This document shows, one piece after another, positions 16,170 to 23,886 of a DNA stretch of 25,178 nt. Both the position numbers and the translations under genes were made by a program. The first letter of the stretch is position 1, and each line of letters opens with the position of its first letter. Under the pieces are notes generated by a model. The model made no database searches. It was given only the letters and a program-made list of their open reading frames with translations, and was not told the DNA's origin. Source of the stretch: Gemmatimonadota bacterium (GTDB lineage: Bacteria; Gemmatimonadota; Gemmatimonadetes; Gemmatimonadales; GWC2-71-9). The stretch is from NCBI GenBank assembly GCA_041690795.1, contig JBEPVV010000001.1:1-25178 (forward strand), written 5' to 3'.

Positions 16170-17284
16170 TTCCGCGCTGTGCGATCAACCGCGTCACGTC
16201 ACCACCACCAGGCCTTACCGAATCGGCCGCACTCGCCGACATCGCCTGGTCGTTCCATCGAGGATTTCGCGGCTACGCTCCCACGCCTGTTCGTCGGCTC
16301 GACCAGCTCGCTGCTGAACTCGGCATCGGTTCTCTCCACGTCAAGGATGAGTCGCCGCGTTTCGGCCTCAACGCATTCAAGGGACTGGGCCCTTCATTCG
16401 CGATGCACCGCTGGCTCGCGACGCACGCGGTCGCGAGCGATGCGGTGTTTACCACAGCCACCGACGGAAACCACGGACGCGCCGTCGCGTGGATGGCGCG
16501 GCAGCTCGGTTTCCGGGCCGTGATCTACGTTCCCGCAAACACCGCCATGGATCGCATCGAGGCGATCAACAATGAGGGTGCCAAGGTCGTCCTCGTGACC
16601 GAGGGGTATGATGCCGCGGTGCGTCTCGCGCTGACCGCAGGCGAAGAAAAAGGCTGGATCGTGATTCAGGACACTGCGGTGCCCGGATACGTGGACGTCC
16701 CGGCGTGGATCGGCGCCGGTTACTGGACGATGGCGCGCGAGCTCGAAACAACGCTGCATCTTCCGGCCAGGGCCGACGTCGATCTCGTGCTGGTGCATGC
16801 CGGCGTCGGTACCTGGCCCGCAGCGATGGTCTCCTACTACTGGCATCGGTACGGGACGAATCGCCCTCGCATCGTCGTGGTCGAACCGACCGAAGCTGCC
16901 TGCGTGACCGAATCGATTGTCGCCGGACACCCGACACAGGCTACCGGGTCGCTGCGTACGATCATGGCGGGGCTGAACTGCGGCTTCCCATCAATCACGG
17001 CGTTCGAGACACTGCAATGCGGTGTCGATGCCTTCATCACGATTCCAGATCGCTGGGCCGAGCGCGCGATGCGCACGCTCGCCGCCCAGCAGCCACAGTT
17101 TATTTCGGGGGAATCCGGCAGTGCGAGCGTGGCGGGTCTCATGGCGCTCATGACCGACCCGGAATATGCTGCGGTACGCGAACATGTCGATCTCGGCGCC
17201 CAGACGCGGGTGCTGACATGGTCGACCGAAGGGGCAACCGATCCCGAAGGCTGGGAACTGATCGTGGGGCGGCCGCCGGAGTGA
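16166..17284 (+). CDS. dpaL: Diaminopropionate ammonia-lyase (PLP fold type II)
   Basis: 372 aa, GTGA overlap. VKDESPRFGLNAFK (PLP Lys), TATDGNHGRAVAW, IQDTAVPGY, GYWTM, AGVGTW, TIMAGLNCG, SGESG, STEGATDP. Confidence 0.85.
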   Translation: MIPRCAINRVTSPPPGLTESAALADIAWSFHRGFRGYAPTPVRRLDQLAAELGIGSLHVKDESPRFGLNAFKGLGPSFAMHRWLATHAVASDAVFTTATDGNHGRAVAWMARQLGFRAVIYVPANTAMDRIEAINNEGAKVVLVTEGYDAAVRLALTAGEEKGWIVIQDTAVPGYVDVPAWIGAGYWTMARELETTLHLPARADVDLVLVHAGVGTWPAAMVSYYWHRYGTNRPRIVVVEPTEAACVTESIVAGHPTQATGSLRTIMAGLNCGFPSITAFETLQCGVDAFITIPDRWAERAMRTLAAQQPQFISGESGSASVAGLMALMTDPEYAAVREHVDLGAQTRVLTWSTEGATDPEGWELIVGRPPE

Positions 17285-17304
17285 ACTTGACGCAGGAGCG
17301 TGCG

Positions 17305-17838
17305 ATGTCTGCTGATCCGAAATATCCAGTCGGGCGTTTTGTGCCGCCGCTCGCGTGGGATCCCGCAGCCACGTCTCAGTGGCTCGGCGACCTCGCCGCG
17401 CTACCCGCCAGCATCACGTCGGCCACAAGTGGCCTGAACGATCGCCAGCTCGACACGCCATATCGCGACGGCGGGTGGACAGTGCGTCAGGTCGTGCACC
17501 ACCTCGCCGATTCGCACCTCAACGCCTTCTGCCGTTGCCGGCTCGCGCTGACCGAAGAGGCGCCCGTCATCAAGCCGTACGAGGAGGCGCGCTGGGCCGA
17601 GCTGCCGGATGCCCGGACGGCGCCGATCGCGCTGTCGCTGCAGATTCTGGATGGCTTGCACCCACGATGGGTCGCGCTGCTGCAGGCTCTGACCACCGAA
17701 CAGTGGCAGCGGGTCTTTCATCATCCCGACCATGAACGTCCGCTGACGCTCTGGCACACAGCGGCGTTGTATGCATGGCACGGACGTCATCATACCGCCC
17801 ACGTCATCGCGCTGCGAGAGCAGCTGGGTTGGACATAA
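17305..17838 (+). CDS. bstA: YfiT/BstA family DinB-superfamily thiol (bacillithiol) S-transferase
   Basis: Start placed at ATG 17305 (GTG 17281 also possible). KYPVGRF, LDTPYRDGGWTVRQVVHHLADSH, IKPYEEARWAELPD, YAWHGRHHTAH. Confidence 0.88.
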   Translation: MSADPKYPVGRFVPPLAWDPAATSQWLGDLAALPASITSATSGLNDRQLDTPYRDGGWTVRQVVHHLADSHLNAFCRCRLALTEEAPVIKPYEEARWAELPDARTAPIALSLQILDGLHPRWVALLQALTTEQWQRVFHHPDHERPLTLWHTAALYAWHGRHHTAHVIALREQLGWT

Positions 17839-18299
17839 TGCCGGCTCGGTTGGTCATCGGGTACTGCACTGTGATCCTCGCGGCGGTCGGTCGCACTGGA
17901 CCGTGGCGTGCCGCCGAACTGGGGCACAGCAACCAGGCAGAATGGACGACGCCTTCCGTCACCCCGATCGGCGATGCGGCGACATTCAAGGCCGCGTGGG
18001 TGCAGCTGTATTCCGTGCAGGCTTTTCGTCCTGCCGTGCCCGCCGTGGACTTTCACAGCTGGCGCGTGATACTGGTGGCGCTCGGAAGCCGCCCGAGCGG
18101 CGGTTACTCAGCCCGGCTCGACAGCGCGAGGGTCGTCAACGACACCGCGGTGATCGTCGTCGGCGTGGTGACGCCCCCGAAGGGCTGCGCCGTATCGATG
18201 GAACTGACGACGCCCGCGGTGGCCATCGCCACTCCGGCTGTCCCCCTTCCGTATCGGATCGTATTTCACGAGCGCGCCGACAGCGCGCGCTGCAACTGA
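17838..18299 (+). CDS. Exported protein with a PrcB C-terminal-like domain
   Basis: ATG 17838 overlaps the bstA TAA. Hydrophobic N-terminus. PAVDFHSWRVILVALGSRPSGGYSARL...TPPKGCAVSMELTTP. Confidence 0.7.
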   Translation: MPARLVIGYCTVILAAVGRTGPWRAAELGHSNQAEWTTPSVTPIGDAATFKAAWVQLYSVQAFRPAVPAVDFHSWRVILVALGSRPSGGYSARLDSARVVNDTAVIVVGVVTPPKGCAVSMELTTPAVAIATPAVPLPYRIVFHERADSARCN

Positions 18300-18322
18300 C
18301 CACCCCGACGCTGGAGTAGTGC

Positions 18323-18688
18323 ATGGATCGGCAGACCGTGGACGGGATCGGTGGGGTAGTGCTGTTCGCTGATCACGCCGACTCGCTGGCGCAGTGGTAT
18401 GAAAAGCATCTCGGCATCTTTTTCACGCGAGAGCCGGGTAGCCACGAGTGGTGGTGCGACTGCAAGGGCGCCGCCTTCGCGATCCACCAGACCAAGCATC
18501 CGCTCGGTCACGACCGCAGGCTGGTCGAGATCACCTGGCGGGTGGAGAATCTCGATGACTTCGTCGAGCAGCTTGGTGACCTTGGCATCACCGTCGACGA
18601 GCGCCAGGAAACGCCCGAGGGCGGGTACGCTTGGTTCGACGATCCCGAAGGCAACCGGATCGAACTCTGGCAGGAACCCGAGAAGTAG
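18323..18688 (+). CDS. VOC/glyoxalase family protein
   Basis: GGAG RBS. GIGGVVLFADHADSLAQWYEKHLG, ITWRVENLD, YAWFDDPEGNRIELWQ. Confidence 0.88.
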   Translation: MDRQTVDGIGGVVLFADHADSLAQWYEKHLGIFFTREPGSHEWWCDCKGAAFAIHQTKHPLGHDRRLVEITWRVENLDDFVEQLGDLGITVDERQETPEGGYAWFDDPEGNRIELWQEPEK

Positions 18689-18885
18689 GCAGGATCCGTC
18701 ACCTCGTCCACCGGGAACCATGGGGCTGACGGCGGGGTATGTGAGGAGGCGCCGAATATCCCGGGAATTGCCATTTTGGCACGGGATGTGAAGCGATCAG
18801 GGGGCTGGCCCTTACTGGGCCCACTGTGCATCGTTCGGGAAGACGGGACGTCCCTTCTCGTTGACCCATCCAAGGGAGACAAATC

Positions 18886-19791
18886 ATGCGAAAGACCATT
18901 ATGGCCCTGGTCGCGGCCGGGGCGCTCACGGGCTGCGTCAGCAAGAAGCGCTACGACGAGTCCGTGCTGGCTCAGCAGCGTGTCAGCGAGCAGAAGGATT
19001 CGCTCGTCAATGACGTGCTGGCCACGTCCCAGATGATGGCCGACATCAATTCCGACTTCGCCGCCGTGAAGGGCCTCGGCGTGAGCCCCGTGTCCAACAG
19101 CGATCGCCCGCTCTCCGGCAAGGCCGAAGACCGCGCCGTGATGCTGGGCAAGGTTCGCGAAGTTATCGCCCGGCTCAACGCCGCCGAGCAGCAGGTCGTC
19201 GCGAGCAAGAAGCGGATCAATGGCATGTCCTCGAGCTTCGCCGAGCAGAAGAAGCAGTTGACTGCCCAGCTCGACACCTATCAGAAGACGATCGATGACC
19301 TCAAGGCATCGGCCGAGCAGCAGGAAGCGATGATCACGCAGCAGAAGGCGCAGATCACCACGCTCGCCAGCCGGGTTGACACGTTGACGCAGCAGTCGGC
19401 AGTGCTCAGCACCGAGAAAGCAGCTGTCAAGGACACGCTCACCCATGTGATCGACCAGGACAACACTGTGTACTACGCGGTGGGTACCAAGGCCGAACTG
19501 GTGAAGCGCGGCATTTTGGTGAGCGAGGGCAGCAAGTTCCTGATGTTCGGCAGCAAGACGCTCGAGCCGGCGCGCGACCTGAAGCCGGAGCTCTTCCAGC
19601 GTCTTGATCGTCGCCGTGACACCGTGCTCTCGGTGCCGGATCCGAGCAAGGAGTACAAGATCGTGACCCGTCAGAGCCCGACCTACCTGGCGAGCAACGG
19701 CCTTGAAGGCAACAAGGTCAAGGGCGACTTGCATGTCACCTCGCCGGCGTTCTGGGATGCGGGTCGTTATCTGATCGTGGTTCGCGACTGA
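18886..19791 (+). CDS. Coiled-coil lipoprotein resembling the Bacteroidota Cbp1-like family
   Basis: GGGAGA RBS. Lipobox LTGC then VSKKRYDE. Long Q/K/E/L/A-rich heptad region, then VYYAVGTKAELVKRGIL and a terminal SPAFWDAGRYLIVV. Family resemblance is recalled, not searched. Confidence 0.7.
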   Translation: MRKTIMALVAAGALTGCVSKKRYDESVLAQQRVSEQKDSLVNDVLATSQMMADINSDFAAVKGLGVSPVSNSDRPLSGKAEDRAVMLGKVREVIARLNAAEQQVVASKKRINGMSSSFAEQKKQLTAQLDTYQKTIDDLKASAEQQEAMITQQKAQITTLASRVDTLTQQSAVLSTEKAAVKDTLTHVIDQDNTVYYAVGTKAELVKRGILVSEGSKFLMFGSKTLEPARDLKPELFQRLDRRRDTVLSVPDPSKEYKIVTRQSPTYLASNGLEGNKVKGDLHVTSPAFWDAGRYLIVVRD

Positions 19792-19816
19792 TCCAGCAGC
19801 ACCGACGGCCGTAAGC

Positions 19817-19849
19817 AAGAAAGGGCGATCGTGTTGATCGCCCTTTCTT
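19817..19849 (+). terminator. Intrinsic terminator-like hairpin
   Basis: Perfect 14-bp inverted repeat AAGAAAGGGCGATC-gtgtt-GATCGCCCTTTCTT, 25 nt after the stop; the 3' arm ends in TTTCTT. Confidence 0.8.
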
Positions 19850-19898
19850 CTGCCCGCCATCATCGGCTAGATATCCCATCCACCTTCAGGAGTTGACG

Positions 19899-20363
19899 AT
19901 GACCACACTGCGATCCGCGCATGGCCGCATGCTCGCGGCGGCGTTGCTGATTGGTGGCGCGACCGTGACTGCATGGCGAAGCGCACCGGCGCCCCTCCCT
20001 CCGATGCGCGTCGTCAAGGCGCCCACCTGCGGCTGTTGCAGCAAGTGGATCGACTCGATGAAGCAGCAGGGCTTTGCGGTGACCGCCCAGGACAAGGCGG
20101 ACTTCACCGCACTCAAGCGCGCCAGCGGCGTGACGCGCGAACTCGAGTCGTGCCACACCGCCTTCGTCGGCGGCTATGTCATTGAAGGCCATGTACCGGC
20201 AGATCTGATCAAGAAGCTGCTCGCCGAAAAGCCGGCTGGGATCAAGGGACTGGCGGCGCCCGGAATGCCGGCAAGTGCGCCGGGGATGGACATGCCGGGT
20301 CAGCATTACACGGTCTACTCGTTCGACGCCGCCGGCCACTCCAAGGTGTACGCACAGCGCTAG
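19899..20363 (+). CDS. DUF411 family exported metal-binding protein
   Basis: Start placed at ATG 19899 behind CAGGAG. Signal peptide; KAPTCGCCSKW, SCHTA, GYVIEGHVPA, GLAAPGMP, PGMD. Confidence 0.9.
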   Translation: MTTLRSAHGRMLAAALLIGGATVTAWRSAPAPLPPMRVVKAPTCGCCSKWIDSMKQQGFAVTAQDKADFTALKRASGVTRELESCHTAFVGGYVIEGHVPADLIKKLLAEKPAGIKGLAAPGMPASAPGMDMPGQHYTVYSFDAAGHSKVYAQR

Positions 20364-21127
20364 GCGCTATTGGTTCGCTCGAACTCCTGCTGAAGGTTTT
20401 CCCGTGCGGTTTCCATGCGAAGCCGCACGCGCTGTTTCAATTCCTGCACCGTTACACCGGTCGTCGGCTCCGGCGCCAGCACTTCGACGACTGCGCTCGC
20501 CGGGTTGATGCGCCAGTCGTGGCGCGCGATGGCGTTCCGCGTCCCGTGAATGACCAGCGGAAGTATCGGAACTCCGGCGTCGATGGCCAGCCGGAATGCG
20601 CCGTCCTTGAACGGCAGCAGTTCCCGGTGGGGGGAGCGCGTTCCCTCGGGAAAGATGATCACCGACACATGTCGCTGCAGCCGGGCGCGACAGGCCGCCA
20701 TTGCCGCCTTCGCGCTCGCTGCGCGCCCGCGCTTCACCCCGACGTCATGCACGGCCCACATCAACCAGCCGAGCACCGGCACCCACATGATCTCGACCTT
20801 GCTGAGCCACTTCATCTCCCAGGGAAGGAGGCAGAGCAGCAGCATGTCGGCGAACGATTCGTGATTGGAGACGACGACGTATGGGTGGCGCGGATTCGCT
20901 GGCAACTGACCGCGCACCGCAAAGCGCCACCGGGGCGTTAACCAGACGGTGATCGCGCCGGCCAGGCGAAAGAGGCGCCCGCCGTAGTAGTTGGTCCGAT
21001 CGAATGGCCACGCCACCACGGCCCAGACCACGATGAAGGGGAAGAAGAGGATCATGGCGAGGACGAGTACCGCCCACGTCCAGGCGGCGGCAACGGTCTC
21101 GCGAATGCGGTGGGCGGCGTCAGCCAT
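20360..21127 (-). CDS. plsC: 1-acyl-sn-glycerol-3-phosphate acyltransferase (PlsC family)
   Basis: 255 aa. N-terminal TM; NHESFAD (HX4D), FPEGTRS, PFKDGAFRLA, VPILPLVIHGT. Its stop overlaps the DUF411 stop convergently (CTAG). Confidence 0.88.
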   Translation of the reverse strand: MADAAHRIRETVAAAWTWAVLVLAMILFFPFIVVWAVVAWPFDRTNYYGGRLFRLAGAITVWLTPRWRFAVRGQLPANPRHPYVVVSNHESFADMLLLCLLPWEMKWLSKVEIMWVPVLGWLMWAVHDVGVKRGRAASAKAAMAACRARLQRHVSVIIFPEGTRSPHRELLPFKDGAFRLAIDAGVPILPLVIHGTRNAIARHDWRINPASAVVEVLAPEPTTGVTVQELKQRVRLRMETARENLQQEFERTNSA

Positions 21128-21155
21128 GATAGAAGCTAAACGACGCCACCAAGCC

Positions 21156-22211
21156 TCAGATGTGCAGCGCTTTCCTCGCCTCGCGATTGCCGATCCGCTC
21201 CAGCGCGTGCCACGCCGCCGTGCGCACCTCGACCTGCTGGTGCTTGAGCAGCTGGGTGAGCATCGGGACTGCGCGGTCGAGTCCCTTCCGCCCGCAGATC
21301 TCCGCCGCGTCGCGCGCCAGCTGAAACCGGTCGCTCTTCAGCGCGGTGAGCAGGAGATCGTCGCAATCCCGGCAATGCAGCACGGCATCGAGATAGGCGC
21401 GGCGCTCCTGCGGACCGGGCGCCCCGCTCAAGGCTTCAATCAGCGCGGTGGCGCCTTCATGCCCGAGCGAGCCCAGCAGCCGGCTGATGACCGGCGAAGT
21501 GCCCGAGCGTGGAATCAGGCGCGCCATGGCGCTGAGCACGTCTGGCGGAGCCACGCGACGTCGTTCGCGGGCGACGATCGCGCGGCGGTCGTCGCTGCTG
21601 CTTTCCTCCAGTTCCCGGATCTGGAGCAGCACGTCGGCGAGCGCGTGCAGGTCCTGATGGTCGCGGGCCTGGGTGGCAGCGTGTAACAGGGGATCGAGCT
21701 GCGCAGTGAGCTCGGTGAGTTTCGGCGTGCGGACGGCAGTGCGCCACGGCTCCATGCTCTCGGACGTCGCGCGCAATCCGGGCAATTCGAAGAGCGCACC
21801 GCGCAAATCGCCCTCGGATGCACCGCTGCGTGTCTCCCAGACGACAGCGTCGCGCACGGTCACGCGAATCGCGTCCCGCAGATCGTCGAGCGAGGCGTAG
21901 AGTCCCGGGGCGGAGCCGTAGAGCTCGACGATTACGCGCCATTGATCGGCGGTGATGCCCGCGGGAAGTGCCAGGCGACCGGTGTAGTGGTTGGTGAGCG
22001 CTTGGTGCACCATGGCGGCGCCGGGAGCATCGAGACTCATCCGCGCCTCGTTGACGCGCAGTTCACCATCGAAGACCTCGACGCGAAGTGCGGAGCGGCC
22101 GGAGGCGCCAACGAGCAGGTCGAGTGTCGCGTCGACCGACGCGGGGTCGATCAGCTCGGATCGGACCTCGTAGAGTGCTGCCGCAAGCAGCGCGGTAATC
22201 GAAACCGACAT
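21156..22211 (-). CDS. HEAT-repeat domain protein with an uncharacterised N-terminal domain
   Basis: Start placed at ATG 22211 behind GGAGGA. C-terminal HEAT-like units: LLLTALKSDRFQLARDAAEICG, AVPMLTQLLKHQQVEVRTAAWHALERIG. Confidence 0.75.
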   Translation of the reverse strand: MSVSITALLAAALYEVRSELIDPASVDATLDLLVGASGRSALRVEVFDGELRVNEARMSLDAPGAAMVHQALTNHYTGRLALPAGITADQWRVIVELYGSAPGLYASLDDLRDAIRVTVRDAVVWETRSGASEGDLRGALFELPGLRATSESMEPWRTAVRTPKLTELTAQLDPLLHAATQARDHQDLHALADVLLQIRELEESSSDDRRAIVARERRRVAPPDVLSAMARLIPRSGTSPVISRLLGSLGHEGATALIEALSGAPGPQERRAYLDAVLHCRDCDDLLLTALKSDRFQLARDAAEICGRKGLDRAVPMLTQLLKHQQVEVRTAAWHALERIGNREARKALHI

Positions 22212-22221
22212 GAATCCTCCA

Positions 22222-23886
22222 TCAGTGCAGGCGCAGCGCGGTAGCGACGTCAGCCCGGCGGTCACGGCCGGGCGGGAGCCCCATGATTTCTGCAATCACG
22301 AGCGCTGCGGGCTTGCGCAGCGTCACGTCGTCGATGATCTCCCGGATCATTCCATCCCGGGTCATGCGTCCATGCTCGAGCAGCACGCCGCGGCCGAGTG
22401 CCTCATGGGCGAAGCCGGCGTCGTGTGTCACCGCCAGAACCGTCGTGCCCCGCGCGCATGCATTCCTGATGACGTCGATCACCCGCTCGCGTGAAGCCGG
22501 GTCGAGTCCTGCCGTCGGTTCATCGAGGAGCAGCAGTCTCGGCTCGGCCGTCAGGATCGTTGCCAAGCCAACCAGGCGTCGCCGCGGAAGCGGCAGGTCG
22601 TACGGGTGCTCCTCTGCAGTTTCGGACAATCCGAGCTCGGCTAGTACCCTCGTGATCGAGCTGGCAATCCTGGCACTGTCCCATCCCGCCAATCGGGGCG
22701 CAAGCTCGCATTCCGAGCGGACTGACGTCGCGAACAGCTGGCGATCCGGCTGTTGAAACAGAAAGCCGACTTGGGGCGCCAGATCCTCCGGGTGGCGACC
22801 GCGGGTATCGACCCCCAGCGTGGCGACTGAGCCGGTTGTGGGGCGTTCCAGCGCCATCGCGAGCCGCAGAAGGGTGGACTTCCCAGCACCGTTGACGCCG
22901 AAGAGGCCGACCGCTTCGCCTGCCCGCACCCTGAAATCGACCCCGGTCAATACTGGGGGCAGCTCCGCGCGATATGAGAAGGCAAGATCAACACACTCAA
23001 AGGCCACCGACGCCTCTGGCTCAGACTTGGAGCTGCGATTCGCGGCTGCGACGTTGATCTCCCGAACGCCGACGTTGCCCAGCCGCGCCAGCAGGGTTTC
23101 GCGCCTCAGCGGTCGCGGCGCCGGCATTCCGGCGTCGAGCGCGAGCGTGGCGGCGTCGGTCGAGCCAGCGCCTGACGCGATGATGGCATCGCCTGCGAGC
23201 ATGTCGGCGGGCGCGCCGTCGAGCACGATTCGTCCCGCGTCCAGCACGATGATCCGGTCCGCGATCTCGAGCATCGTGTCGGCGTCATCACAGGTGATGA
23301 TTACCGAGGCGCCAGCGCGTGCGACCTGGCGAAGCAACCGCTGCAGTCCGAGCGTGCTCTCGAGGTCGAGCGCGGAAAACGGTTCGTCGAGGAGCCATGC
23401 GCGCGGCGCCGCTGCCAGCATCGACGCCACCAGCATCCGCTGCGTCTCACCACCCGACAGCGCGCTGGGATCGCGCCCGGCCAGCGGTAGCAGCGCGAGC
23501 GTCGTCATCGCGCGTTCGGTCTGCTCGAGGATCTCCCCGCGCGTGCGACCGAGATTCATCGGCGCGATGGCGATCTCATCGCGCACCGTCGGCGCGATTC
23601 CGCTCAATTGCAATGCCGGCGACGCGCCGAGGTAGGCTATCCCTGCTTGCAGCGGTGACAGCGTAGCGATGTCGACGCCGTCGACAACGACGCTTCCTTC
23701 GGCGGTTCCGCCGGTCAATCGTGGTGCGAGCCCGGCGAGTGCGAGCAGGAGTGTGCTGGTGCCGCTGCCGAGTGTGCCCGTCAGCCAGGTGATCTGTCCC
23801 GGGAGGATGTCGAGCTGAACGTCCCGAATCGCCCAACGCTCCTGGACAGGATACCGATAGCTCAGCTGCTCGACGCGAAAGCGCAT
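22222..23886 (-). CDS. ECF transporter ATPase with two fused ABC domains
   Basis: 554 aa. NBD1: GTLGSGTST, LSGGETQR, LLDEP. NBD2: GVNGAGKST, FLFQQPDRQLF, HPYDLPLPRRR, LLLDEPTAGLD, VTHD. Adjacent to the T and S genes. Confidence 0.92.
   Translation of the reverse strand: MRFRVEQLSYRYPVQERWAIRDVQLDILPGQITWLTGTLGSGTSTLLLALAGLAPRLTGGTAEGSVVVDGVDIATLSPLQAGIAYLGASPALQLSGIAPTVRDEIAIAPMNLGRTRGEILEQTERAMTTLALLPLAGRDPSALSGGETQRMLVASMLAAAPRAWLLDEPFSALDLESTLGLQRLLRQVARAGASVIITCDDADTMLEIADRIIVLDAGRIVLDGAPADMLAGDAIIASGAGSTDAATLALDAGMPAPRPLRRETLLARLGNVGVREINVAAANRSSKSEPEASVAFECVDLAFSYRAELPPVLTGVDFRVRAGEAVGLFGVNGAGKSTLLRLAMALERPTTGSVATLGVDTRGRHPEDLAPQVGFLFQQPDRQLFATSVRSECELAPRLAGWDSARIASSITRVLAELGLSETAEEHPYDLPLPRRRLVGLATILTAEPRLLLLDEPTAGLDPASRERVIDVIRNACARGTTVLAVTHDAGFAHEALGRGVLLEHGRMTRDGMIREIIDDVTLRKPAALVIAEIMGLPPGRDRRADVATALRLH

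Noticed and set aside
18777-18792. Sigma-54 promoter candidate TGGCACG
   Set aside because: The -12 element reads GTGA rather than TTGC; the invariant GC is missing.
18508-19863. 451-aa minus-strand ORF antisense to the lipoprotein and VOC genes
   Set aside because: Mirror-frame shadow of a well-formed sense gene that has an RBS, lipobox and terminator.
8600-20363. A copper/metal resistance island (YbjQ, CutC, DUF411)
   Set aside because: The genes are scattered in different operons, and no CopA, multicopper oxidase, CusABC or metal regulator is present. The labels for CutC and YbjQ are weak.
20360-20363. Convergent stop-codon overlap (CTAG) between DUF411 and plsC
   Set aside because: Real, but a common arrangement in compact genomes; no evidence of regulatory meaning.
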